A DNA stretch of 64,000 nucleotides from Klebsormidium nitens (Eukaryota > Plantae > Klebsormidiophyceae), in the NCBI GenBank assembly GCA_000708835.1, contig DF237323.1, positions 1 to 64,000 on the forward strand, given 5' to 3'. Position numbers and translations under genes: made by a program. Below, piece by piece: positions 30,301 through 43,716 of the stretch; position 1 is the stretch's first letter; each line of letters begins with the position of its first letter. Under the pieces are notes generated by a model. It saw nothing but the letters and a program-made list of their open reading frames with translations. It was not told the origin of the DNA and ran no database searches.

Positions 30301-31890
30301 ATGTGATGTCAGATAATCTGCTGGATTTGGATGTCTGTCATGTTGGATTGATCGTGAAGCCTGCAGGCAATAACGGTTGACTGAGTGGTCCCTCCTTTCC
30401 AGGACGTAGTGTGATAATCCTGATCCGGCTCGTTTGCCGCGATGAGATGTTAAGACGCAACTTCTCCTCCCCTTCCTATTGACCGCGAACCAGCATGCTG
30501 GGCGGGGTGTATCAGGGCATTTTATTGGATCAGGCCCTGTTCTGATTGCAAATTCTCTTCTTAGATTTGGTAAGACCGATACCTATCGTGCATATATAGC
30601 GTGATCGGCTTGGCCAGTGCTCGCGCCGTGTAAAGATTTGAATCGTGCTGCAAATGGTGACGATTGTAAATGCAACCGGACGCGCACGATGTCTGAAAGG
30701 GAGATTCGGTGCCAAGCGGTGCTTGTTGCTCTTTATAAGTTTCGGGTTTCTACCTCTCGTTTGGTGCTCGTTATTGACCTTAACGTCGACGAAGCCGTGA
30801 ACTCCCTTTCGGAAGCTGCTCCTCGCGTTCGCATCGGCACCTTTCGGAGGAATCACGCTTTTGGGTTTAAAAAATGCTCAGGTACCTCATCGTAACCTCG
30901 GGTCTGATTTCCGTTTTGAAAGTTTGCTGAATGAAGCCTTCCGCTTCCTTGTCACGAGTTTTATCGCTCTGCATGCATGGGAAACAGAGATAGACTGTTC
31001 TCGCGTTTTCTTCTTTTTGCTTCCCCTTTGATTTGGCTTAGTATGCTGCCTACGGGAAAATGAATTGGTTTACCCGTTGAGCGGAGCGCTGCAACTTACT
31101 CTCTGGTCAAACGGCCCACCTCAACTCAGTTGATGGTCAGAAGGACCTATCTTGATTCGGTATGCGGCTCAGAAACTTCAGCTCTCACACTCGTTGCGTT
31201 TAAAATTCGGCTAAAATTTTTCCCAGTGATTGCCCGCATCAAAGCTAAGCTTTTCTCCAGTAATCGCCCGCATCAAAGCTCCAACTTTGACAGCTATCTC
31301 AGTAGGAGCATGTCCCCTGCTTTGAGGATTTTGTTACGTCACCACGTTAGTCCCCTAGACTTTCCGATCACATAGCACCTTCTATTTCATGCGGGGAAAG
31401 CCTCCCCTCGAATCATTTTCGGGTTAATGATTGCTCCTTTCATCGAGCTTAGGGTTTCTGACGTGCAAGTGCTTTGCACAAGTTTTTTCGCTTCGAACTC
31501 GTTCTCTAGACAGGCAATGAGGTTGGGGCAACTGGGACCTTTCCCCACGTCGCCCACATAGAGTTGCATGGACCCTTCTGATGCCGCAAAATTAGCGACT
31601 GTTGGTACTGGAAGTGATTAGATACTCGTTTCGCTGAATAGATTGCGAGGCACGTACCCTTGCAGCCTGAGAAAGAGTACACGCGTCTTTTTTGGGCTGC
31701 TAAGAATTGCACACACAATATGAATGTTTTGATATACTAGCACGCTGCGAGTTGCCTCTGCATAGAACAAACATGTACGTGCAGCGAAATCAAATAGGTC
31801 GGTTCAGCGCGGATCGGATCCGTCAGAAGATACGTAAGTCGGAGCAAAGACTCGACTCAATATGCAGCCGACGACTAGAACGGGGTCCGC

Positions 31891-32080
31891 TGCAGCGGAA
31901 GCGGACCTGTTTCCGCACCAGAATGAGCTTCGAAGTGGCGGAACGGACCCGCTGGCGCTCACGCGCATCGCGGCCGCAGCAGACGAAGCCCGCAGCAAAA
32001 CGGCATCGCTGCTCATTGCAGCGGAACCGGTCCCGGTTCCGCACCGGAATGGACTTCAAGCTGGCGGAACGGACTGGCTG
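31891..32080. repeat. Two ~64-bp direct repeats
   Basis: tgcagcggaagcggacctgtttccgcaccagaatg...ggcggaacggac at 31891-31954 and tgcagcggaaccggtcccggttccgcaccggaatg...ggcggaacggac at 32017-32080. Confidence 0.75.
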
Positions 32081-32925
32081 AGTAGGCCGTACGCGCCCCA
32101 ACGACTGCAACTGCTTAACTGAGTCCTCGTATCACACCCGACCATTCCTCGTATCCACCTCCCATTATGGTGCTCATGGAAACCCTCTCAAGCAGTCCCA
32201 TCCTTCTTTTGTATGTGCATACTTCGGAGCAGCAGTGGATAATTCGCCAGCATACTAGGCGCGCCGCTATCAGATGGTTCCGGACGAGCCACCAGATGAT
32301 GACTGCCAACATTGAGAACTCAGTATCAGGACAAATTGCAGATGTATTGACGGGCAGTCAGCCGTCCGGGTCGACGTTAAGGCGGTGAAGTCCTTCAGAT
32401 TGCCGTCGGATAACGTATGTTCCGACTTGCTCCTGTAATCTTAGGGTCTGGCCTTTCTGAACAGACAGGTAATGCTCTAAATCGTTTAAGCGGCGGTCTG
32501 AGTGCGGGAATCTGTGAAAGGAGAAAGCCGCGCCTGAGGATTCTTGGTACGAGAAGAGATACTGCTTCTGAAATCCGAAACGAGTCTTCCAAAACGGACA
32601 ACGTTGCGATATGTAGGGTCGTAAAGCTGGCATTAAAGAGCGTAAGTAGACAGCCGGCTACTTGAAACTGGCAGATCCCCGCCCAACTCTGTTTATGAGG
32701 GGCGGCAGACAGGCACGACTTGAGAACCCCCAAATTTGCCCGTTGGATCGAGAAGCCGAACAGGTATCTCCCATAATGACGTCTCCGTGAAGCAGAGCTG
32801 TTTGCATCGTATTTCCAAGACGCTCGATGACTGTTGCCTGAAAGAGTTTGTCTGTTAGCTTCGTGGTCAAACACAGTCTTCCTAAAAGAGACACAAAGCG
32901 ATAGAATCATGTTTGACCCGTACCC

Positions 32926-32990
32926 TGGCTGTGATTGAGCTTTTCTCATGTCTTTCCAAGACAAGAGTGGAGGAGATCCTCCTGATGCCA
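32926..32990 (+). ncRNA. Box C/D-like unit (family A2)
   Basis: tggct-GTGATTGAG...ctcCTGA-tgcca. Confidence 0.5.
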
Positions 32991-35900
32991 TCTGCCAATC
33001 GGAAACGAGGCCCCTGCGTGTCTTGCAGTGAGCGGCAGTTTCGATAATTTCAGCTCACGTGCAGCCACGTGGGCTGATAATCGGCGAACAAAGTCTGCGT
33101 CGGAGCCCTCGGACTCACCGCGGGGGCTCCGTATAAATACGGTACTACGCAGTCCGTAGACGACTTGGATTGGATACTTATAAGCCATAGCTTCTTTGGT
33201 CGCGGCCGGTGTTACGCATAAGAGCCGGAAGCCAACGTCGTGCGCAGCTGAAGAGCCTCCGCTCTTTTGCATCTCCGCTTTCTGCAGTCTGTGCTTCTAC
33301 AATGCGATTGTTTGGCTGCTCAAATGGAATGGTGGTCACCGAAGCGATTAGAAATGGGTCGGTGCACGTTGTCAATTTTGGACTAGCCTATGATGGAGCT
33401 TCGCGCATGTCTAATTGCCAAGACAACTTAACAGCGGTCGGAAATCCTGATGGCGAAGGAGCGGTTTCGACCTCCTTTTTCACTTCCAATCGAGCCTTGA
33501 GGCATACTTACATATGTAACATAAAGACGAATGGGCCTTTGTATTCAATCAACTTAGTCGTGCAAACATCAGACTTCTGCTAAATCGGGTCAGCTGATAG
33601 CCTCCACCTCCCGGCCTCGAAGCAATCCATTCGGGATTGGCGCTCGATTGTAAGGGCGTCGACGTCAAAGCAGGTGTGTGGCGTCACCACAAGCAGCATT
33701 TGAGAACTCATCTCTCTATGCGAAACAATTATTCCCTCGAAGTGCGATCCACGCCAATACCTGCTGTGTAACGCACGCGGATTAAGTCGTTACGGTTAAG
33801 TCAGCGCGCCCATGCAGTCGCGCGCCTCAATTGCGCGGCCTCAAAGAGAGCTAGACGGCTAATAATATAGATCTAGGAATCATAGGCTTTGTAAGTGCGC
33901 TCAAACAAAAATGACTCCAGCACACAATCCTGCCGGAAGATGTCTCGTTTCTGCGACATTCAAATCAATGTGCGCTCATCTTTGAAGTAGAATGGAGCTG
34001 TTCGATTATCCACGATATAAAAGCTCCTTGAAAGCGCTTCAGTGATTGCCCTACCTTATCACTTTCAAAGTAAACCGTCAGCAATGATGCAGAGGCTTTG
34101 AGCCCGGTACTGATTTTTCTCGAAGGATAAGCCCAATTCTTTTCCTAGTACTGTTTGCTAATGCTACGATTTTGTCGCTTGCCTGATCCATTGTAACTCA
34201 GTACTTGCTGGAATTTCTATCGGCCAGCCGTCGTCGTTGATACCTCCAATTCACGTTGTGGTAAGTCAAACGGAGTCTTGAACCTTATTTAGAAGCGACC
34301 TTCTCCCCATGTTTCGAAAGAGTCGTATTCATCCGGGACGGGAAGTACTAGGGCGTTCCTGAACCCCTGCCAACCTTCAATTACTAATTTGAGAAGGCGA
34401 TGAGTGAAAATCCGACCGGAAGCCATGGGCACTTCACAGCCCAACCGTGTGAAGACTACCGTCTCAGTGACGCCTTTGCTGCTTCACTCTTTTAGTGAAG
34501 CATGCAGCTTTTGATGTGGGTAGTCTGAAACGCGAATAGGTACCATGTAGCGAAAGTACGACATCCTCGGTGGTGAGAGGTGCAAGTTGGAATGAAGGTT
34601 TCTGGCCCAGAGCCTTTCCTAGTTTGCTGAGGAATTAGTAGCGGCAGACACGCCGTATGCGTCAAAACTCCTGCCGAAGTTTGTTCGGTAGCTTTGTATT
34701 CTGCTACGGCGTAATCAAAAGTCTCGCACTTCCAGAGCGTCTTGGCAAACGAAAGAAGGCAATCTCTACGTGGCGCTGGCTGTGACTGAGCTTTGTCTCG
34801 TGTCTACTTAAGACATTGACCTTAGCGTAACCCCCTGATGCCAGTGGCACGCCGATCGCTGGCAACAGAACTCAACAAACCCTCTACGCGATGCAGTCAT
34901 CCACAGGGCGTACGCAACCCGCCCACGTGAACCCACGTGAGCACTGGCGATTCGCAGATTCAGAGCCCTTCGTTTTTCAGCGCGGCACCGGTCTTTGTAA
35001 GAGTGGTCTCTTCAACCCAACATCAGCAGCCTTACGGTCATTACGGGTATGATGGAATCAGGGTCCATGATTCAGAGTTTCAGTGAATTCACTGCGCCTA
35101 CGTACTCGCATTCCCTCAGAACAAAGACTGATCATCCCCCTTACCGGGCTGTGGATCTAATCAATCTTTGAAGGGCTGCATGTCCTCTTTTCGAAAGCGA
35201 AGCGAAAGCAAAGTAGTATCTCGTGCAAGTGAATACGATCAAGACAGCTCTAAGCTATGCAAACTTTCCGTCGCAGCCGGAGGCGATTCAGATCAACACA
35301 TACTCCAACCGTCGTCCAAACTCAAAGCTCCTCGGCGGACCCTCCGACCAGTGCAGTTCTGCTGATCTGCATTCTGTTCCTTGATTAAGCGAGCTTATCT
35401 TTGGCAAATCCACTTGGAGATTGCCCAGCGAAGAAGGGCGACTGGGTCGGCGCATACCAGATATCCTTCTCTGGCTATGATCGTGGATCTTCGCGTCTTT
35501 TTGACCAAGACAGAAGGGTCCTCCAGCAATTCCTTACGGCCAGGAGAAGTCCTGGTCCCGATGTTGCCGTTTTATAACTTTCTCCACACGATGTTGTTGG
35601 CATGACGCGATTGACGAGATGTGAGCACTAGTGGGGCTAGTCTTGTATCCCAAGGTTCCTGATACGCTCCTATTAAAATTACTTTGGAAATTTGATCTCG
35701 GTTGCAGTTCCCTAAACCAAAGGTAAGCGGCAGACAGGGGGTGAAGTTAGGACGATTGGGCTATTTTCGAACCTTGCTCAAACAATGCTGTACGGTCCTT
35801 CTGATGCCGCAAACCTGCAATGACCTTTGGCACTGGAAGCGCATCCTAGCTGGTTTTGATCGTGCTAAGCAACAGCAAGTTGCAATCTGCTTGCTAACTG

Positions 35901-36564
35901 AAAAGTAACGCGCATCTTGAAATTAAGTGTCAAAATAACACGTCGGACGTCTTCCTTGGTGTTTACTACCACGGTGCGACGTCTCGTTGCTGCCACAAAT
36001 CAGCTCTTTTTGCAGTGAAACGGAAGGTCAGTCCGCTAGGCCAGATTGAAAGCCTCAGGAGGAAACGTCGACAAAACCAAACACCCAACCACAGAATTTA
36101 TGTACCCGTACTCGTGTTCATCATCCAATCATTCATCATTCCTATTTACTTCTGGTGTGTTGTCTGGCTAAGACAACAACAACGAGTACTTCTGATGCCA
36201 TCTGCCGAATGGTTAAAGTCGCCCCCTGGCGTCTCGGCTAGCCACGTTCCGCCAGATCGGCCAACGTATCTCACATGGACCCATGTCCCTGACAGAACTC
36301 TAGAGAGCCCTTGCCTTTGCGGGCCCAAATAAGAAGTCCGTGGCCCTCGAGGCGAGCGCAAGAGTTCCGGCCGATTGCAATCAGTCTGGCCTTCTTAGGA
36401 ATTAGGAAAGCATGTCAAGAGTTCTTGCAAGAGTCGAGAATCTCGGTCACTCTTCTCTTCTGATCCGGTACGTCAAACCTTTTGTGCTCAGTATCAAACT
36501 TGCGTTTGGCTACTCCTGTTGGGAGGTGGCCTTTGATTAAGCAACTAAGGCGGAAAGGTGCAAA

Positions 36565-36584
36565 NNNNNNNNNNNNNNNNNNNN
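36565..36584. other. Assembly gap (20 N)
   Basis: Run of N in the sequence. Confidence 1.
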
Positions 36585-36597
36585 GATAGCTTCAACT

Positions 36598-36661
36598 CTG
36601 GCTATGATGGAACTTCGCAATTTCTGACCAAGACGGAATCTCTTGGGGTCCTGATGGCCAG
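36598..36661 (+). ncRNA. Box C/D-like unit (family A)
   Basis: ctggct-ATGATGGA...CTGA...gtcCTGA-tggccag. Confidence 0.5.
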
Positions 36662-38950
36662 GAGCTACTCCGATTGCTGTTTTTGCCGGACTGGATCGTT
36701 ACCAAACGTTGTTGAAGTAGTGACGTGATTGAACTTTTATATAAGTACTGATGGGCTTGGACTGTGATTTCTATATATATGGAGCGGGAATGACATCAAG
36801 GCATCTTTCAGTTGGTTCTTGTTGTCCGGAGGGAGTACGTTACCGATATCGTCGTCGCAATCAAGGATCCATGAAATGCTCGGTGATGTTAGAGAGCGGG
36901 ATCGATGAAAGCGACGTTTCCGCCAAGGCAAGTGTACGGTATTGCAGAGCAGCAATTGAGAATGTGCCTCTCCGCGGAGTATGACCACATCCGTGTTCTA
37001 CACCGCACCTCCGCTGCGCGCCTCACGCTGTGCTCGCGCGCGCAGCTCGCGCCTCAACGGAGGGCCGCCCCTTGACTTGAGTGCTACATGGATCGACGTA
37101 CTTCGTTCTAAATTTGGGCGTTTGATTGCTCTTGCGCATGAATGTTTGTGTGGGAAATATTCCACTTTCTGCAGAACGGCAACATCTCAGGCTGTTCCTA
37201 AGACATAGTGTAAAGGTGTTGGGGTCAACTCTCACAATTGGCAGGTCGCCCCAGCTTGTTCACGGTGTTTCTGAAGCCAAAAACTATCCGCAATTCTTGC
37301 AACCAGCATCCGTTGATCTGCCATTGATGGTGACAGGAAGCCTTTCTCTGACTACTCGGTTGACAGAATGAACGTCGAGGCAAGATGATTGGGTTGCATG
37401 GTGCTTGTACAGAATCTTGGCAATAACGGGGCTTCGCCTATGTTTGACCTGCAAGACAGAGCACGAACGTCGGTCCTGACGGCCGGAAGCTGATCCAGTT
37501 TTAGTTTTGCCCTTCTGTGGATCTCTCCACGACGAAGACCTATGAATTCCTTGATGTAATATGAGGTCTCACAGGGCTTCTGTTCCCTCCCCAGCCGAGA
37601 GACACCGTTGGACATTATTCGACCAGTTTCTGATTAGCCAAAAACAGGATTACAGACGAAACAAAGCGAGTGTTCATATGGGCACCTGAGCTTGATGGTG
37701 AGATTGTCAAAGTTGTGGTAAGTTCGCGGGGTCTGCAAGGCAGCTGACTTGACAACGAACCACCTTTAGGACTATGTTAGGAACATGCGTTTACTCTACA
37801 GCTATCCCTCAGCCTCCGTAAAATTCACTAGGGCCCCCGGCGCGTGGGGCTGCGCCGTGTGCTTCAAATGGCGCCCCTAAAAGAGAGCAAGAGCTTACAT
37901 GCATTTGAGACATGTGAAACTCCTGAAGGCGCATTGCCTGCCACGGACTGCCGATGCGGGCGCTTGTGAAGTATCTGTTCATGCTTCAAGAAATCAAAGG
38001 CGGTGATCGAAATCAGGAACGGGAGCGGTGGGCTCTTTGGAGTGCACACAGGTGAAATGAATGTCTCGCTTGAAGCCTTCTGATCGCTACGTTTCGATTC
38101 CCGAGCATGCTTTTAATCCGAGGATTTTGAAGAGTGCAAATCGGAACACGAGGCTAGACCTAGCTGGTGAAATTTCGGAGATGAGAGCTTTGACAGCTGG
38201 CAATGCATTTCATCCAGATTCAAGTCAATTTCTCTTGCAAAGAAAAGAGCGGCAGAAAAATACGTTGATCAATTTCGCAAGATTACTCTTGGATCATGAC
38301 GCCAAAGACGTGAATCGCCGCCGATCGGATCTACGTACTTTGCTTTGTATGCTCAAAGACGCTTGCCAACTCCCACCGAAATCTTTTGTGGGCTTCATGT
38401 TTGCTGCTTTACCAGATTTATTTTGAACACCTGAAAAACAACAGATTGAACTAGCAAGAACCTACTTGGCAAATTGCTGTCTGTGAATGAGCCTTCGCCT
38501 ACGTCCAGCTAAGACACATACCGAAAGCAGCGTGCTCCTGATGCCAGATGCGAAATAAAACTTCCCCTCATGTGCGCATCTCAATTCTTCCTTAGGACCC
38601 GCAGAATGGGTTCACGTGGACCCACGTGAGCAGTCAGCGGACGGAATGCTCCAAAGCTATTTGAACTTTAGCGGAACTCTGTGATGGAACCTGCGCGCGC
38701 CCTAGAGGCGACTGTGGCCAGAAACATTCAAAAGAAAAACGGTCGCAGGCGCCGTTGCAACGATTCAGAAACATACGCCGCAGGTGGCGCGCGAAGCTAT
38801 CTTCGATTTGGGTTTTCTATTTCCTTGATCTGCGTTCCGCCAATTCGCAGCGTGTGCTCAAAGGAAGGTAGCCTCATCGCCGCTTGTTTAGCTAAGTAGT
38901 TACTAGTAGTGATTTAAGGCATGAACAACGCGTCGGTGCCAATTTGACTT

Positions 38951-39029
38951 CTGGCTATGATGGAGTCGCGTAGGTCTGACCAAGACAAGCAAGTTGCATG
39001 ACATCATCATGCAGGGGTCCTGATTGCCA
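38951..39029 (+). ncRNA. Box C/D-like unit (family A)
   Basis: tggct-ATGATGGA...CTGA...gtcCTGA-ttgcca. Confidence 0.5.
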
Positions 39030-41509
39030 CGAGTAGTCTCCGAATTCAGGGCTCTCCCGACTTGTAACTGATATTTAGAACGATCTAAACGTGCGTCTTG
39101 ACTGGATGCTGAACCAGAACACTCTAATGAAACCGTGATTCACCGAAGGGGAATGGCATCAAAGCATTTGGCATCAAATCGGTTCTGATTGCCAGAATCG
39201 AATGAACCGTAGTCCTCGAACCAATTGAAATTCATAGGGAAAGAAACAAAAAGTCGTCAGATTTCATAGGAGGAAGCTCGATGATGAGAGCGTCGACGCC
39301 AAAGCTAGCACATTCGCGGCTTTTGCGAAGTAGGACTTGGCAGCGTATGTCCCTGTAGAATGGTCAGGTTCGTGTTTCCTACCACTATTTCCACTAGCCA
39401 CCTCATGATGCTGAAACACCTGATCTCAGATGGTCTCGAGGCAGGGTCGCGCCCTTCAACTGGGCGGCCTCTGAACAGAGCCATAGGAGTCAAATTCAGA
39501 GTTGCAAAGTCAGGCGGCTGATAACACTTACGTCGCCAGAGACTTGACAAAAAGTATCCAGTTGGGCCATATAGACATGGAATCAGTTGCATCATTGCTC
39601 ATAGACACAAGGTGATTGGCTGCTGGTTTAAACATTGTGCTGGGATCGCTTCCACTCTGCAAATCTCAAAGGTGCTTATACAACATTGGTAAGCTGCCAA
39701 CGAGTTGATGGCTCTTTGCCCATGCAAGCTCTTCAGATCACAAGCTAGCACGTTTGAGATTCTGTAGTTCAATAACCTCAGAAGACAAACTATTCTTTGG
39801 TGTCCTGCATGAGCTCAATCTTACTCTCGTGGTCTGCTTTACACGCTTGCACATCGAAGTTGAATGGCAGACAGGCAGTGAATTCTGGTGTCAGAACGCA
39901 TGGAAGGAGAACGTGGACTCCAGTTCTCATTTGTGGACCCCCACACCACTGGTTGAAACTCTGCACGCGCAGATCTAAATCGCCTGGTTGAATTACAGAT
40001 CACCGGGTCGTTTCTTGGGCGACTGGAAAACATTTGCAAGGTTTGTATGCATGCATTTCAGCGCTCGGTGGAAATCGAGCGGGTCGGTCAGCAATACGCT
40101 TTGAGTTACGTTACCGTGGGTTTGCTAGTTCACGCGCGTGGCAAGCCCTAGCTCAATGTCCTTGCGCGCGCATGTTGACTGTTGTGGGGTCTCGGACTGC
40201 AAATCGCAGTCCGCGTTCTCCTTCCATCCGTTCTATCACCACCTAAAGTGGGCACAAATTCGAAGAATTCAGTGCCCACAAATGCCGGTCATCCTGATGT
40301 CGCACGGTTAGCGCCACCGTGGACCAGTGCAGTTAATATTCAGATTACCCAGATCGCTGCAAGAACGTCCCGGCCAAACTTGCTTGCGAGTCAGGCGGCG
40401 TGTCTCAGTGGAGAACGATCCTGCAAAGTGCCCAATGCTTTAGTACGCACGGGATTCATCTAAAATTGCCCGTACGTAAGCATCCTTTCTGGCTCTTGGC
40501 AATTTCGAGGTTTTGGTCGAGCTAAGCAGGGCACATGCATCGCGCGCTTTTCAGGCTTTCTTCCGCCCAAAAGCTACACGTGTCCTCAACGCTGACAACA
40601 TGGCATGGCGCCTCCGAGTCACCGGTGTATTCTTGTTCTGCTAGCATGGAGGGATCGAATCCGCTTTTGCGGAGATTGAATTTCGCAAAGTCAGGCCCCG
40701 GAAGATAGCAAGGGTACTCAGATTGGAGCGGAATTTCTTTCTGCCGTTTGCATCGACACTGGCCCTTTCACCGTCGAACATCAATTTCGTGGAACAATGA
40801 AGATCCCTGATTGAAACCGGGAGAACATGTTCTGTATTTTTAGGGCCTGTTCTGAAGATTAGAGGCCAATAAAGCAACGATGCTGAGAATTATCGCCCTT
40901 TTGTGAGCTTCAGTTCCGCTGACCTCCATTCTACGGCCATAGGAATTGAAAAGCGTCAAATGTGCTGAATCAAAAACTGACAACCACTCGGAGCAAGCTT
41001 TACGTTCGTGAAATAAAATCGTGGCTATGATGAAGGTTTAGTGGCAGGTATGTCTTGTCAAGACACCGAGGGTCTTCCTACTTCTGATCGCCGGCCGGGA
41101 GCACCTCGTAATACGCCTTTGCCGTTCCATGTACTTTCTCCTCCACCGACGAATCGAAAGTGGCACGCGAGCAATGATGCAAACGTCTGTGTGATCCTGT
41201 ATTGTCGATTGTGCGGAAACTGCACTCCCGTTCTCGTTCTTGGTCTGAGGAGCGTTATTACTTTACAACTTGCATTTCTTTCCGGCCGGCATTCTGTCGA
41301 CGTCGTCTTCTCTCTTTGACGACGTCTGGTCAGATCACAGATTATTAAGGTCCTACCTCGAACGAATCGCAGGCAGGGCCTGTGCCGTTCCTACGCGTCG
41401 CCCTATGATGAGTCGTCTTTATACTCCTTTGAGTCTCTTCACTATGTGCATCGTGGATTGTGTGTCGACTTGGCGGTATGAGCGCCTCTAAGATGATACT
41501 CTTGCTTGG

Positions 41510-41596
41510 GAAGGCAATGATCTTAAACGCGGTGGGCACTTCACAGACCACGTCTGAGTACGTGAGAGACGCGCGCGCCGTCTCGCTGACGCCTTC
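41510..41596 (+). ncRNA. Box C/D-like unit (family F)
   Basis: gaaggc-a-ATGAT...CTGA-c-gccttc, 6-bp stem. Confidence 0.45.
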
Positions 41597-43632
41597 TGAT
41601 TGCGATAGGACTCTCATTGCGGGCTGAGTCCAAAGTGACGTGTCCAGCACATACATACCTGACGTCTGATCTTTGGCTGAGATTGGATCTTGTCTTATGT
41701 CTATCCGAGACAAGGACATCTAGGAGTGCTCGTGATGCCAGCTGCCATTAGATAATGGCCTCGCCTCTTCAGTCATTCTCAGAGCTATACACGACCTGCC
41801 CATGCATGCATGCGCGGGCGCGCGGGCGCGCCACGTGGACCCATGTGGGCATCGGCGAACAGAAGTCTGCGGAGCCAGAATTTTAGCGGGGCACATGGAA
41901 AGGTACTCGGCAGTTTCCCCTCGGACAACTCTTGATGCATATTCATTGTCTCTGCTGGTGCTATGGATTAGCAAGATACTCCGAAGGGTCTATGAAGCTG
42001 CTATAGGGTCCCGCCGATTTTCCAATCTGCGGTTCCGCTGATCTGCAGCTTGTGTTGACTTAATGGCTACTCTGTCGGGAACGTGACCGACGAAGCATGA
42101 TGATTGGGTCGCGTGGTGCTCGCACAAGTCTGTGGCGATGATAGAGCTTCGCTTACGTCTGATCAAGACAGCAAGATCTCCACCTGTCTCCTGACGGCCG
42201 GAGGCAGTTCCAATTTTACTTTTGCGTTCTGTGGATCTTTCCACGACGTACTAGGGCCTTTCGACCTCCTTGATGTATATGAGCCCTCACGGGCCAATCT
42301 GGTTTTTACCCATCGAACTGGAAAGACACGTTGGCAGATTCTTGAGCAAGTCGCTAAAAAACGTGTACTAGAGTCTTCAAATATCGAAACGAAGCGACCC
42401 AAGTGTCTGTTTGGGTGCGTAACCTGATGATGAGAGCATCAACGTCCAAATGAAAAGACGCCGTTTGCAAGACAGGCAGCTCCACTTAAGAAAGTTCCAC
42501 TTGCGGATTGTAGTCAAATTCGTAATCTGTACCACTATCCCTAATGTGCAACTCACTCGGGCCCGCGCGTGGGGCTGCGCCCTGCTCTTCGAATGGCGCC
42601 CCTAAACGAGAGCAATGGCAACTATATCCCAAAATATGTGAGACTCCCAAAGGCGCATCGCATGTGTCACGGTTTGCCGGTGCGCGCGCTTGTGGAGATT
42701 CTGTTTATGCTTCGAAAAGGCGGTGATAAGGGGAGCAGACGCGGTGAGCGCGTTGGTTTCCACCCAGGTTAACATGACCGTCTCGCCGAAGCCTCTTGAT
42801 TGTTACCTTGTTTCGTGGAGCAAGCTTTTGGTGTGAGTAGTCTGAAAACGCGGAAAAACGAAAGTGTGGCTCTATTTGGAGTTTCGTCGTTTAGGTGAGA
42901 GTTGGAAGTCGGCATGTATCCTATTGGAGAGGTTTTCGGTTCCAGAAGAAGCAGCGGCGGTTATGATCGAGACTCGAGTATGTCTGAGCAGAAAGATGTG
43001 GGTGTCCTGACGGCCGACAATCGCTCCAATCCTCTTTGATATCTGCAGACTTCTGACTAGACACTGTTCCCAAAGATGTGAACGTCGATCATAGTTGGAT
43101 GGTTGTCGAGACTTGGACGCTGCATGATGGGGCTTCTGTAATCTACCGAGCGGGAGAGACATCAGGACAATCTTTCAAAGTACCGGCTCGGATCACGAGA
43201 ATCTGCGAACCGTAGCCCTCGAAGCAATAGATTTTAGCCGGAGCTCGATGATGAGAGCGTCAATGTCCATGTTGAAGCTCGCGGCTGTTGCAATGAGAAG
43301 GACTTGGTAATTACGTACACTGTCATGAGGTTTGATACTGAGATTATTCTTCTCCACCACGTATCATTCCGCTGTAAAACCCCTTAAGGTTGGGTTACGC
43401 GCCTTCAAGTGGGCGACCTCTGGAAGAGAGCTATATGGATCGGATTATACCTGCCAGAATCCGGGCTTATGATGGTGGTTACGGTGAAGACTCTTTGCAA
43501 AAGAAATTAACCTGGTTTCTGCGCCCGTTCCTGATATTACATCTAAGATATCAAAGAATTTTGAATTGTCCTGCGCTAGGGGGCTAAACACTGCCTTACC
43601 AGTTTGTTATGATCATCTTCAGGTTTGTTCTC

Positions 43633-43716
43633 TAGCGTTGATGCAACTCTCGTGAGCGCGATGTCCAACATCCTTGAACGCTTAGCTCACGCTTCTCGTC
43701 GTAGTTGCTGATGCTA
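43633..43716 (+). ncRNA. Box C/D-like unit (family E)
   Basis: tagcg-TTGAT-GCAACT...AGTTGC-TGA-tgcta; both stems are extended. Confidence 0.5.

Larger units (their letters stand above)
24764..41740 (+). ncRNA. Family A2 box C/D-like units (6 copies)
   Basis: Consensus ggc(a/t)-GTGATTGAG-ctttgtctcatgtct...aagac...ctc-CTGA-tgcc. At 24764-24827, 26644-26711, 32926-32990, 34776-34844, 38477-38547, 41674-41740. Confidence 0.5.
23654..41850 (+). promoter_or_regulatory. Recurrent double G-box / TCP-site-like cassette (CCCACGTGGACCCACGTG)
   Basis: Copies at ~23654-23693, 24902-24922, 29147-29183, 34921-34940, 38612-38630 and 41830-41850; degenerate at 36271 and 39933. Confidence 0.5.

Noticed and set aside
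36845-37000. Possible protein-kinase remnant (DIVVAIK...)
   Set aside because: Only one short motif, followed by stops and frameshifts, with no other kinase subdomains.
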